Shown in pieces: positions 16,292 through 25,412 of a DNA stretch of 32,000 bases (the stretch's first letter is position 1; each line of letters starts with the position of its first letter). The DNA is from Candidatus Calditenuaceae archaeon (lineage in GTDB: Archaea > Thermoproteota > Nitrososphaeria_A > Caldarchaeales > Calditenuaceae), in NCBI GenBank assembly GCA_025059595.1, contig JANXDI010000012.1, forward strand, positions 97,785 to 129,784, in the 5' to 3' direction. The notes under the pieces were generated by a model. That model was not told the origin of the DNA and did not search any database. It saw only the letters and a list, made by a program, of their open reading frames with translations. The position numbers were made by a program, and so were the translations under genes.

Positions 16292-17708
16292 GAGGCTTGC
16301 AGTCAAGGCGATTGACCGGGGCTACCAGCTTTCAGCCGAGGCTCTAGAGCGGCTTGTCAAGACGGAGAACCCTCTAGGCGTCCTCGAGGAGCTTCTTTCA
16401 TGGCTCGAGAATAGACGCATCAGCCAAGTCATCATAGACAGAGCGGTCCTTGAGAGGTTTCTCGCCGAGAGGGCTGGGCTCGCTGGAGAGGCCCCTGAAG
16501 AGCCCCCGCTCGATGTGGCTCTCGAGTCTCCGACCTACGAGGGCTTGGCAATAGAAGGCGTGGCGGAGGAGCAGAGAATCTACCTCCTCTCAAGGTATCA
16601 GTCCATCAGGCGGGTCTTTGAGGAGAGGGGCCTGAGCCTCAGGCCTGCGCGGGAGCTGATGCGCGAGGGCGGCGAGGCTTACGTGGTCGGCATGATCCTA
16701 AACATCAGGAGGCGCGACACCCACTTTCTGGTCGAGATGGAGGACCCCGTCGATAATTGGAGCCTCATAGCCCCCACCCGCGACCGCGCCCTCTCTGAGA
16801 AGATGGAGTATATCCTCCCCGACATGGTGGTTGTCTTTCGAGTGAAGTCTCGGAGGGGCCTCCTTGTTGCGAGTGACGTCTATCTCCCGGACACGCCTGG
16901 GCGGAGGCAGCCGTGGAGGGGCCCTGACCGTAACGTCTGCATAATCTCGGACATCCATGTCGGGAGCATGAGGCATGCTGCTGAGAGGCTTAAGAACTTC
17001 CTCGACTGGCTCGGCGGCCCTGAGAACGAGGCGGAGAAGACATCGCTCCTGATAATTAACGGAGACCTCGTAGAGGGTGTCTACGTCTTCCCCGGACAGG
17101 AGGCTGAGCTTAGCCTCAAATCCTATGGCGAGCAGTTCGCCGAGGCGGCCAAGGCCCTCACAAAAATCCCCCCGCGCATCAAGATTATCTACGTCCCCGG
17201 AAACCACGAGCCCTGTAGGAGGGCCCTTCCACAGCCTCCGATTCAGCCGAGGTTTAGGCAGATACTCGGGGACGGCAGGATTCTCTACACCGGTAACCCG
17301 GCCTGGATTAAGGTGGGCGGGCTCAAGATACTCGCCTTCCACGGACAGACCCTCGACGACATTATACAGGCCGGGACGCTCTTCAGCTACTCAACCCTCC
17401 GCGACAGGTCTGGTGAGCTGATGGAGCTCCTCCTCAAGTCCAGACACCTCGCCCCCACCCTAGGCGTTGCGACTCCAATCCTCCCCACGCGGACCGACTA
17501 CCTAGCCATTCCCGAGCCACCCGACGTCCTCTGCCTCGGACACACCCACGTCGCAGCCTACACAGCCTACAAGGGCACCCAGCTCGTAAACACCGGCTCT
17601 TGGCAGGAGCAGACCCGGATTCAAGAGAGCATCGGCCTCGAGCCAAGCGTCGGGACAGCCGCCCTCCTCAACCTCAAGACCCTATCTATACGGTTTCTCA
17701 CTTTCTAA
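16275..17708 (+). CDS. polB: DNA polymerase D (Pol II) small subunit DP1
   Basis: Calcineurin-like phosphoesterase motifs appear in order: ISDIHVGS, INGDLVEG, PGNHE, FHGQ, LGHTH. GTG 16275 is preferred as the start because it overlaps the cdc6 stop by only 17 nt; the track start at 16191 lies well inside cdc6. Confidence 0.85.
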   Translation: MSEAARRLAVKAIDRGYQLSAEALERLVKTENPLGVLEELLSWLENRRISQVIIDRAVLERFLAERAGLAGEAPEEPPLDVALESPTYEGLAIEGVAEEQRIYLLSRYQSIRRVFEERGLSLRPARELMREGGEAYVVGMILNIRRRDTHFLVEMEDPVDNWSLIAPTRDRALSEKMEYILPDMVVVFRVKSRRGLLVASDVYLPDTPGRRQPWRGPDRNVCIISDIHVGSMRHAAERLKNFLDWLGGPENEAEKTSLLIINGDLVEGVYVFPGQEAELSLKSYGEQFAEAAKALTKIPPRIKIIYVPGNHEPCRRALPQPPIQPRFRQILGDGRILYTGNPAWIKVGGLKILAFHGQTLDDIIQAGTLFSYSTLRDRSGELMELLLKSRHLAPTLGVATPILPTRTDYLAIPEPPDVLCLGHTHVAAYTAYKGTQLVNTGSWQEQTRIQESIGLEPSVGTAALLNLKTLSIRFLTF

Positions 17709-17981
17709 GACTGGGGGCAGCTCCATCAATATCCACTCTTCATGGTTTCGGGAGGAATGGCGAGGTCGCGGTCAAATGCGAATAGAAGATTCAAGCCCCC
17801 TCTTCTTTGAGTGGGTTATGCAGGTTAAACATTGGCGGTTTGCTTCCCATTTTTAAGAACGAAAAGTCTAGAGGATGGGGCGGGAGACGGCTGCGGCCTC
17901 CAAGGCTTTTTGGGGTAGGGCGCGTCGTTAGGAAGCCCGTAACTTCTTCTCAAAATGTAAAGGCCGCTCTCCAGCTTAACC

Positions 17982-18161
17982 TCATTTACGCAGCCTCTCT
18001 TGATGTGACTCCCTCATTAATGCATCGTTCAGAACTAGTTTGCTCATTGTGACTGCAGAGTTAAGAATAAACTCTTTCAGGGTAATCCTCTCTAGCGCCG
18101 CCGCGGCCATGAGAAGGGAAAGAACATCCTCGTCCTTAATCTCTATCACTAACTTTTCCAT
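17982..18161 (-). CDS. 59-aa DUF1778/TacA-like RHH antitoxin candidate with no intact partner toxin
   Basis: My own translation gives MEKLVIEIKDEDVLSLLMAAAALERITLKEFILNSAVTMSKLVLNDALMRESHQERLRK*. GGGGAGG lies 5-11 nt upstream of the ATG. It is one residue below the ORF-track cut-off. Confidence 0.45.
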   Translation of the reverse strand: MEKLVIEIKDEDVLSLLMAAAALERITLKEFILNSAVTMSKLVLNDALMRESHQERLRK

Positions 18162-18287
18162 TGCTTCCTCCCCACGAATATGGAGAAACTAAGCCTCCAG
18201 AATTTAATCGCTATTATATACCCTTCAGAGTCATGCTCGCCATCACAGGAGAAGGCTTTAATTAGCTCAATAGACGCCATCAAGCGC

Positions 18288-18545
18288 TCACCTCTTGCTG
18301 GTATCTGATGCCACTCCGTAACTATCATTAAGACAATCTTCGAGCTTTCGGCTAAGCTCCTCCCTAGAGATGTCTAACCTCAGAGTCCCGTTACTAAAAA
18401 CCACTTCCAAAACAGAGGAATCCGCGAAACAGATATTCAAAATATCCCCCATATCAGCCTCAAACAAACAGTACTCCACATTAGAAAATTCAAGTCTTGT
18501 AAGAGATTTGAGTGAGCTCACCTCAACCGATACCATCCTGGTCAT
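18288..18545 (-). CDS. Hypothetical 85-aa protein in the AT-rich island
   Basis: ORF whose composition matches the island. No motif recognised. Confidence 0.3.
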   Translation of the reverse strand: MTRMVSVEVSSLKSLTRLEFSNVEYCLFEADMGDILNICFADSSVLEVVFSNGTLRLDISREELSRKLEDCLNDSYGVASDTSKR

Positions 18546-18606
18546 ACCCAGGAATTACATACGAACAGAGACCATCTTAAATCTAGTTGAGGAAAACTGT
18601 CATGCT

Positions 18607-19443
18607 TTAAACAGAGTTGTATACATATGTGGAAATATTGTAGTAATAATCAAAGAGCCTCTCACATGAGTCCTTCATATGTGGGTGATGGAAGAGAAAA
18701 GCGACATCTCCTAAGGGGCTGCCCACAGAGTTTACAGGCATGAGAAGGGCCTCCTTTTCATTTACGACTACGTTGAGAGGAAGTACTCCTTCATAAATCC
18801 TCACATTGATTATGTTGTAACCATATTCAGAGTTTACAATTGGTGTCAAATTTTTCTGCTTGCTGTCTAAAAGTATGTAGAGTTTTATCTTACTTGGGTA
18901 GAAAAGGGGGAACATCTCAGCCCCTCTTATAGCAATTTTTAGATATTGTTTTGAAGAAGTGACAACTCTATAAACAAAGTATGTGACATTAAAATATCCT
19001 TCGATAGTTTGCGCCATCATCATGAAGATTGGACACAAACCGTTACATTTCATCGAGGCATTTAGCTCTCGCCACATTTCCTCTAAGTTTTTACCGTGGC
19101 CCGGCTTTGAATGGGGGTCAAGGCAGTTAAGGCAGGGGATAAATGCATTATTAATGGAGAGAAGTTGCAAACTTCTGAAATTTCTATTTATGATATTGTA
19201 CACTTGCAGGAAAAACTCGCCCATGATGCTAAGCGTATATTCCCCGTCATTCTTTTTAACAAACCCCATATCGGATAGTTTTACTAAATATCGTCTTACC
19301 TCTTGGGGAGATAGTTTTAACTTCTTCGCGAGTCTTGTTAAGTTGTGTGGGCAGTTTCTCAGGGCTGATAGGAGTTCCACCTTTTTCCTGCCGCCAAACG
19401 CCGAAAATAGATCACAAGTAGTGTGTTCATCAGAAATACTCAT
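18607..19443 (-). CDS. Winged-helix (ArsR-like) transcriptional regulator with a DUF1724/FilR1-like C-terminal domain
   Basis: The N-terminus VELLSALRNCPHNLTRLAKKLKLSPQEVRRYLVKLSDMGFVKKNDGEYTLS is a wHTH. The C-terminal ...ERLFDYYYN resembles the end of the COG4742 family. Confidence 0.6.
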   Translation of the reverse strand: MSISDEHTTCDLFSAFGGRKKVELLSALRNCPHNLTRLAKKLKLSPQEVRRYLVKLSDMGFVKKNDGEYTLSIMGEFFLQVYNIINRNFRSLQLLSINNAFIPCLNCLDPHSKPGHGKNLEEMWRELNASMKCNGLCPIFMMMAQTIEGYFNVTYFVYRVVTSSKQYLKIAIRGAEMFPLFYPSKIKLYILLDSKQKNLTPIVNSEYGYNIINVRIYEGVLPLNVVVNEKEALLMPVNSVGSPLGDVAFLFHHPHMKDSCERLFDYYYNISTYVYNSV

Positions 19444-19878
19444 CGACTGACAATATGCAATCTAATTTATTTTTTCCAGCAATATTGTGAAAAGTGAGAT
19501 TTTATTGTAATACTCATCGAATACGCTCGAGTTATATTCTTCGCCTATCGTGATCATCAATTAGAAAAGATATTTTTCGCATCTTCGGTACTAAACACTC
19601 TCCAGTCTTCTAAATGTCGGCGGCTCTGGGACATGAGAGCGGTATTCGCGAGGCGGTTGGGAGGAGATTAAGAATGAAGAAGCCTAAGCATCTGGTCGTG
19701 TTTGTGGTTAATTTAGGGGATTTTGATGCGAGTGAGCCGGAGAAACCTTTCAATGAATTTTTAGCCCAGCTTGGAAGATAAGCCCCAGCAGTCGGAGGGC
19801 CTCTACTATATTAAGGCACACTCCGTCTTGGTGGGATACACTATTTAAGAGGATAGCCGGTCTCGGGCTGAGGCTGGC

Positions 19879-21765
19879 TTGGAGGCTCCTAAGGGAGGGC
19901 GTTTTAAAAGGGAGATAGGGTGGTTTAGCGCCTTCTCCATGGGCTTCGGCGACGTAGGGGCTGACGTATTCATAGCCCTCGGGGTTACTATGCTCTACGC
20001 GGGCGGGGCCTCTTTCATCGCCTTCGCAGTCACGGCGATAGCCTATGTAGCGATTAGCCTCTCCTACGCTGAGCTGGCTCCGGCCTACCCCTACGCGGGG
20101 GGTGTGCAGGTTTACTCGCTACGGGCCTGGAACAGCCTCGCGAGCTTCATAGCCGGATGGGCGATACTCCTGGACTACGTTCTCTGCACCTCCCTCTTCG
20201 CCACCGCGGCGGCAGGATACTTCAAGTTCCTATTCAAGGGTGTTGAGGATATCTCCCTCCAGCTGGGGCCCCTCGCGGTCGGAAGCCTAGGCCTCATAGC
20301 GGCGGCGATAGTCCTTTTCCTCGTCGCGATAAACTATTTCGGAATAAAGTATTCGGCGGAGATGAACGCGGCGATAGTGGCCTTCGGACTCGCCGTCCAA
20401 GCGGCTGTAGTCGCTCTGGGCTTCTTGACGGTCTTCGACCCGGCCCGGTTCGCCTCCCAGCTCCAAACCATAGGAAACCCCGAGCCCCAAGAGGAGGTAG
20501 CCTACCTCCCGGGCCTCAGCATCTCGGAGAACAACTTCCTCTACGGTCTCACAATAGCCATGGCCTCATACATCGGCGTCGAGTCGATTGCCCAGGCCGC
20601 CGAGGAGACTCGAAGGCCACACCGCTGGATACCGAGGGCGACGATGCTCTGCGCCGTGATGGTTCCCCTCTTCGTCCTCCTCTTCAGCTCGATTGCGCTG
20701 GGTGGAACTGACTGGCATGTCATCGCGGGGGCCATAGAGAACCCCGTCGCGGCCCTCGTCGCCAGATACCCGGTCTTCGGCGCGGAGCTGGCCCTACTCG
20801 TCTCGCTGACCGCGATAATCCTCTGCACAGTCTCGTCGAATACGGGGCTCATCGGCGTCTCGAGGCTCGCCGCCAGTATGGGGAGGCTCGGCCTTCTACC
20901 TCGCTGGCTCTACCTTATTCACGTCAGATATGGGACGCCGACGAGGGCGATAATCTTCTTCGGAGTCATAGGGCTTCTCCTCACGCTGCCCGGAGATATC
21001 CCGTTCCTCGCAAGCCTCTACAACTTCGGCGCCTCCCTCAGCTACATCATGCTCCTCCTCTCACTCATAGCCCTCAGAAACAAGGAGCCACAGGTATACA
21101 GGCCTTGGAAGATGAGGCCAGCCATCAGGCTAAACCGGAACGGCAGAACCTACGAGATACCACTCTTAGGCCTCCTAGGCCTCGTCATTGTATCCGCGAT
21201 ATTCGTCCTGTTCCTCCTCCTTCACAGCGCGGGGCGCGTCTTAGGCCCCGCTTGGATGGTTGCCGGGGTCTTAGGGTTCTACGCATACCGTAGGCTGGTC
21301 TTGAGGAGGCCCGTGAGGAGCGTCGAGGAGCGGGCCGTCGTGGTGCCCGCGGGCTACATGATGAGGCTTACGGTTCTGGTTAGGCCGAGGGAGGAGCCGG
21401 AGACGGTCGAGGAGGCCCTCCGCCACTCGCTCGACAAGCGCTTCTCCCTCAAGCTCCTCTCCATAGTTGACCCAGAGATAGAGGATGATGTTGAGCATAC
21501 CCGGCTTGAGGCTGAGAAGAACTTGGAGAGGGCGCGGAGAATCCTCGCATCAAGCGGCTTCGAGGTCAAGTCTGAGGTTAGGGTAGGAAGCTACGACGGG
21601 GTTGTGAGCGAGGAGGCTGAGAGGGGCGGCTCAGACTTCATAGTTCTGCTGGTGAGGAGGTTTGAGAGGGCCTACATAGAGAAGGAGTCGCTCCTAGACT
21701 CGAAGATACACTCGGTCCTCGTCAAGTATCCTGCGAAGGTTGTGCTGCTGAGGAAACTCGTGTAG
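19879..21765 (+). CDS. APC-superfamily amino acid/polyamine permease fused to a C-terminal universal stress protein (USP) domain
   Basis: About 12 hydrophobic segments with an APC-like N-terminus (FSAFSMGFGDVGADVF). The C-terminal ~150 aa are soluble and USP-like. The start is non-ATG (TTG). Confidence 0.7.
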   Translation: MEAPKGGRFKREIGWFSAFSMGFGDVGADVFIALGVTMLYAGGASFIAFAVTAIAYVAISLSYAELAPAYPYAGGVQVYSLRAWNSLASFIAGWAILLDYVLCTSLFATAAAGYFKFLFKGVEDISLQLGPLAVGSLGLIAAAIVLFLVAINYFGIKYSAEMNAAIVAFGLAVQAAVVALGFLTVFDPARFASQLQTIGNPEPQEEVAYLPGLSISENNFLYGLTIAMASYIGVESIAQAAEETRRPHRWIPRATMLCAVMVPLFVLLFSSIALGGTDWHVIAGAIENPVAALVARYPVFGAELALLVSLTAIILCTVSSNTGLIGVSRLAASMGRLGLLPRWLYLIHVRYGTPTRAIIFFGVIGLLLTLPGDIPFLASLYNFGASLSYIMLLLSLIALRNKEPQVYRPWKMRPAIRLNRNGRTYEIPLLGLLGLVIVSAIFVLFLLLHSAGRVLGPAWMVAGVLGFYAYRRLVLRRPVRSVEERAVVVPAGYMMRLTVLVRPREEPETVEEALRHSLDKRFSLKLLSIVDPEIEDDVEHTRLEAEKNLERARRILASSGFEVKSEVRVGSYDGVVSEEAERGGSDFIVLLVRRFERAYIEKESLLDSKIHSVLVKYPAKVVLLRKLV

Positions 21766-21785
21766 GTCTTGGGCGCTGAGGAATC

Positions 21786-22058
21786 TCACTCCCAAGTCTC
21801 CACACCATTCTTCTTATGCGTGTGGAGTATAATCGAGGTAACGGAGCTCTTGACGCCCTCCACGCTATACACTTCCTTCGAGATGAACCTCCTCAAATCC
21901 TCGATACTTGAGACCGAGACAAGCGCGATAACGTCATACTCGCCAGTCACCTCGTAAACGTCCAGAGTCTCGGGGAGCTTTGCCAGCTGCTCGCAGACGC
22001 TCTCGAGCTTCCCCGACTCAACGAAAATGTGTAGAACCGCCCTAATTCCAGAAGCCAT
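21786..22058 (-). CDS. Stand-alone Lrp/AsnC-type RAM domain protein
   Basis: AVLHIFVESGKLESVCEQLAKLPETLDVYEVTGEYDVIALV...VEGVKSSVTSIIL. No HTH. Confidence 0.65.
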   Translation of the reverse strand: MASGIRAVLHIFVESGKLESVCEQLAKLPETLDVYEVTGEYDVIALVSVSSIEDLRRFISKEVYSVEGVKSSVTSIILHTHKKNGVETWE

Positions 22059-22174
22059 ATCCGCTACTCGAATCGCTGTAGAAGCCCTCTAATTAATATG
22101 CCGCCAAAAATACAGCCCGGAAGCCTCGCAAGACCCGAATTCAGCTTGAAGACGCTTTTCATCCTCGGAGGCTC

Positions 22175-23503
22175 TCAACCGTTACTTCTCCTCTCAGAAT
22201 CCGAGCCGGCCGGCTTACCTCTTCTTCTCTTATTTACGATTTGGACAGCCACCAAAGCTGCCGCAACGGCGCCTGCGCCGCCTATTGACGGTAAATCCGG
22301 CTCCAAGCCATACACGGCCTCGACATACTTGGGCGAGTCTACCTTGATGGATAGGGGGCCTCTGGTGAAGCAGCCCTCACCGCAGTCGCCGGCGTAGCGG
22401 CTGAGAACTCTCTTCGCGAAGAGGAAGGCCTGTAGCTCAGCCGGAGCCCAGACGACGGCCGTCGAGTTGGCTGGATACCATCCCGAGCCGGCCGCGCCCG
22501 CCGGAGACCTGACATCCACCCTATACTCCAGCCGGTAAACCGCACGCGCCGTGACGGGTGAATTGACGGTAAGCTTCACGCCCGGGGTGCTAGACGCTAT
22601 GTCGCCCTCCCAGCCGATGAAGAAGAGCCTCGCCGCATTGGGTATTAGCTCTATCGTGGGCGGCGTGGAGAGGTGGAGGGCCTCGCCTTCCCTGAACCAG
22701 TCATCGACGATGACGCCTTCAGGCCCGGCCACATAGACTTTAAAGTATCTGTCATACTCTGCCCTCACGGCGTGGGGGGCCATGGCCTCGAGCGTCGCTA
22801 CGGTCGAGCCTGCGCCTTGGATGATGGCTGGGTAGAGGCCGACTGAGACCCACTCCCTGAAGACCAGCCTCTCCCTGTCGCCGACTCTTATCTCCCTTGG
22901 AGCAGAGATGACTACGAGGTCGCCTAGCCGGTACCATCCAGACCCATTGACTGGAGCGCCGTGAATCGAGATGACATCAACCCTCACCTCTCTTCTGAAC
23001 CTCGCCTCAACGTAGACTGGCTCCGTGACTACGAGAATGTTCACCTCGCCGAACGGGGACTCCCCCATACTCCACCTCTCGAAGACGTATCTGAATCCTC
23101 CCTCGAAGTAGAACTTCTCAGCCTCGAGGACGACCCTCTCACCCCTCCTTACCCAGAAGCTACGCCTCAAGGGCTCATAGTTTGAGTCGAGAATCACGAG
23201 GACCTCCTCGTCGTATAATGCCTCGAGAACGTCTGACTTCGCTGTCACGCACGGGGTCGTCTCGCCGCTTGACCAGCCTCTGAAGACAAGCCTCCTGTCG
23301 GAGGCCAAGTAATAGACGTGGTGGACTACGCAGACGTTGGACCCCGGGCTAACCTTGGCTGGGAACTTCTCCACCAAATCGCCGTTGACCGTTAACGGGA
23401 GGCCATACCTGTTCGAGACCGTGGCCGCTTCACTCTCAGAGTAGGCCGTGTTCACAGCCAAGGCGAGAGCCACGAGCAGAACGGTGAAGGCTACGCCTCT
23501 CAT
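22175..23503 (-). CDS. Secreted, C-terminally membrane-anchored surface protein with ~5 divergent InlB-B-repeat-like domains
   Basis: Signal peptide MRGVAFTVLLVALALAVNTAYS. Repeating motifs RLVFRGWSSGE, RYVFERWSMGE, RLVFREWVSVG, RLFFIGWEGD and a degenerate fifth, each followed by ...V.A.Y. C-terminal TM segment GGAGAVAAALVAVQIV plus a basic tail NKRRRGK. Confidence 0.65.
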   Translation of the reverse strand: MRGVAFTVLLVALALAVNTAYSESEAATVSNRYGLPLTVNGDLVEKFPAKVSPGSNVCVVHHVYYLASDRRLVFRGWSSGETTPCVTAKSDVLEALYDEEVLVILDSNYEPLRRSFWVRRGERVVLEAEKFYFEGGFRYVFERWSMGESPFGEVNILVVTEPVYVEARFRREVRVDVISIHGAPVNGSGWYRLGDLVVISAPREIRVGDRERLVFREWVSVGLYPAIIQGAGSTVATLEAMAPHAVRAEYDRYFKVYVAGPEGVIVDDWFREGEALHLSTPPTIELIPNAARLFFIGWEGDIASSTPGVKLTVNSPVTARAVYRLEYRVDVRSPAGAAGSGWYPANSTAVVWAPAELQAFLFAKRVLSRYAGDCGEGCFTRGPLSIKVDSPKYVEAVYGLEPDLPSIGGAGAVAAALVAVQIVNKRRRGKPAGSDSERRSNG

Positions 23504-24165
23504 AACCCAAAAACCTCCATAAAGGATTTCTTAGAGATTGAGGCTAGGCACGCCACGATTAGGAGAATATACGAGGCGGCGACCAGCCTCCGAGCCACCC
23601 CATCAACTCTTGGCTCAAGGAACTTCAGAGAGAGAATCATCGCCAGCAGAATTAGGGCTGCAAAGGGTCTTCCCAGCGAAGCGAGGCCCGTGTCGCCGAC
23701 GGCCGCCATCAGGGCTAGCGAGAAGGCCGCGGGGAGAAATAGCGAAGAATCTGTGAATCGACCTCTAGGCAACGCTATGATGGCCGCGAGGCCGAGGATT
23801 ACGGCAGGCAGGGTTGTGACGCTTAAGGCCAAGTATCCGAGGAGCGGTATGACTAGGAGGGCCCTACCCTTAACCCTCTCCCACCCTATCAGTTCAGAAT
23901 AGCCGGGATAAGCGTCGGCGGTAATCACGACCCCGTCTGGCCCAACCTCGGAGACCCTGTGCATCACTGTCCGGCCCTCAAGGTCGTAGAGAACCATCTC
24001 GCCCGGAGCCACAAAAACATCAGGAGCCGCTATGACGAGCGAGCCGACTGGGACGCTGGGCTCCATGCTCCCAGAGACAATGTAGTGAAGCGTGAGGTGA
24101 CCGCTCAGGGCCGCGTAGAGAAGGGCCACCCCTGCGAGAACAATTGCGAGCTCCAAAGCCCTCAA
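23500..24165 (-). CDS. Type I signal peptidase (archaeal/ER/SipW type, Ser-His) with a ~120-aa multi-TM C-terminal extension
   Basis: N-terminal TM segment, SGSMEPSVPVGSLV (nucleophile Ser), and VMHRV (His). It ends in three to four further hydrophobic segments. Confidence 0.75.
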   Translation of the reverse strand: MRALELAIVLAGVALLYAALSGHLTLHYIVSGSMEPSVPVGSLVIAAPDVFVAPGEMVLYDLEGRTVMHRVSEVGPDGVVITADAYPGYSELIGWERVKGRALLVIPLLGYLALSVTTLPAVILGLAAIIALPRGRFTDSSLFLPAAFSLALMAAVGDTGLASLGRPFAALILLAMILSLKFLEPRVDGVARRLVAASYILLIVACLASISKKSFMEVFGL

Positions 24166-24539
24166 GGCTGATACACCCTCACCCTGACGGTTACCGGGGC
24201 ATTAAACGCGCATGTGGACGCTAGCGGTATTATTACGGTTGTGGTGCCTGTGCCTAGCGTGACCGTTACCTCCCCCGAGGCGCTGCAGGCCCCCACGCTG
24301 ACATAGGCCACTACTCTGTAGGACCCCGGCTGAGTCACCGCGATGTCGGCGGTGACCGTGCTTATGGTCGTCCCTGTGAGGGGCACTTGGACTCTCGTGA
24401 CCCTGACGTCCGTCTTGATGACTGCGACTTGGCCGGTCCCACCTAGCTGGCTCAGGTTGGGCATGGACATCGCCACGGAGTAGGCTGCCAGCGTGAATGC
24501 AACTATCAGACCGGTCAGAGCGAGGGTCTGGAGCTTCAT
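24162..24539 (-). CDS. Small secreted beta-rich protein C (putative fibre/pilin subunit)
   Basis: MKLQTLALTGLIVAFTLAAYSVAMSMPNLSQLGGTGQVAV... then a T/V-rich sequence. ATG 24539 forms an ATGA overlap with the stop of gene B. Confidence 0.6.
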   Translation of the reverse strand: MKLQTLALTGLIVAFTLAAYSVAMSMPNLSQLGGTGQVAVIKTDVRVTRVQVPLTGTTISTVTADIAVTQPGSYRVVAYVSVGACSASGEVTVTLGTGTTTVIIPLASTCAFNAPVTVRVRVYQP

Positions 24540-24973
24540 AGACACATCACGGAAGAGGGGCAGGAAGACACGATAGCCACACATGTTATAACCCGCGCCA
24601 CGCTGTACGCGTCTGCCAAACCCGTGAGCGATATCTGGACAGTCGTCGTTCCTGCTCCAGCTGGCACGCTAACGCACGCACTTCCTATTGCAAGCTGATT
24701 TCCATTAGCGTCGTAGAGCCCAGCTTGGAAGACGGCCCAAGTCGCGGCCCCAACTCCCCTAGTGTATGTTACATCGACGCGGTAAACGTCATTTCCTATG
24801 AGCTGGAGCTGGGCCACCCTTATCCTAATGATTCGAGTAGATGAGTAGCCTAGCTCGTAAATCGTGTCCGGCCTATTCGGGAGCACGGCCACCTGTGAGA
24901 CGAGAATTGGGACGGAAAAAACTGCTGAGGCTGTGAAGACCGCTAGAGCCGCTAGTAGGGCTCTATTGCTCAA
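24536..24973 (-). CDS. Small secreted beta-rich protein B (putative fibre/pilin subunit, divergent paralog)
   Basis: MSNRALLAALAVFTASAVFSVPILV... then a beta-rich domain. It overlaps gene A by 11 nt. Confidence 0.55.
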   Translation of the reverse strand: MSNRALLAALAVFTASAVFSVPILVSQVAVLPNRPDTIYELGYSSTRIIRIRVAQLQLIGNDVYRVDVTYTRGVGAATWAVFQAGLYDANGNQLAIGSACVSVPAGAGTTTVQISLTGLADAYSVARVITCVAIVSSCPSSVMCL

Positions 24974-25379
24974 CTATGACTACCTCAATTCTGTAGACGA
25001 CGCTGGGACTGATGTTGGAGACGTCTACAGTCGTTGTCACTTGCAAAGGTGAGGCTGCTTGCGTAGCTGACCCCGACGAGACTACGACGTTATTGTTGTC
25101 GTAGAGGACGACGTAGACCGTGTATGTCGCGCCTATGGGCTTAGCTGTTGTCCACTGCACGTTAACCCTGTCGACTAGGTATGGCGGCGAGGTTGTGAGT
25201 GTCCAGCTGACCCTAGTTATCTGGCAAGTGCTCGCGGGGCAGCTTACGTCAACTAGGCCTGTCCCACCCAAAGCGTTTACGTCGGTTGAGCTGAGGCTTA
25301 TCAGAACAGCGTAGCTCGCAGTTACCAGCAGCCCGAGAAGAACAGCCATCACGAGCGACACACTTGCCCGGCCACTCAT
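24963..25379 (-). CDS. Small secreted beta-rich protein A (putative fibre/pilin subunit)
   Basis: Start taken at ATG 25379: MSGRASVSLVMAVLLGLLVTASYAVLISLSSTDVNALGGTGLVDV... It shares the A-[SA]-Y-x-V...LGGTG-x-V-x-V motif with protein C. Confidence 0.6.
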   Translation of the reverse strand: MSGRASVSLVMAVLLGLLVTASYAVLISLSSTDVNALGGTGLVDVSCPASTCQITRVSWTLTTSPPYLVDRVNVQWTTAKPIGATYTVYVVLYDNNNVVVSSGSATQAASPLQVTTTVDVSNISPSVVYRIEVVIVEQ

Positions 25380-25404
25380 GACATCTAATCTCACTATAGG
25401 GCCC

Positions 25405-25412
25405 TTATTTAG
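25405..25412 (-). promoter_or_regulatory. TATA-like box (CTAAATAA on minus strand) ~29 nt upstream of ATG 25379
   Basis: Based on position and composition. It lies at the edge of a ~180-nt AT-rich intergenic region. Confidence 0.35.

Noticed and set aside
16698-17342. 214-aa minus-strand ORF inside the DP1 gene
   Set aside because: It is antisense to a gene carrying all five phosphoesterase motifs.
17709-17981. Search for the GNAT (TacT-like) toxin expected downstream of the DUF1778-like antitoxin
   Set aside because: All three minus-strand frames are interrupted within a few dozen codons, and there is no room before the DP1 gene for a ~160-aa toxin. At most a short N-terminal remnant survives.
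19674-19781. 35-aa plus-strand ORF (MKKPKHLVVFVVNLGDFDASEPEKPFNEFLAQLGR) with a GGAGG-like motif upstream
   Set aside because: It is too short and featureless to support without conservation data, and it lies in the promoter region of the permease gene.
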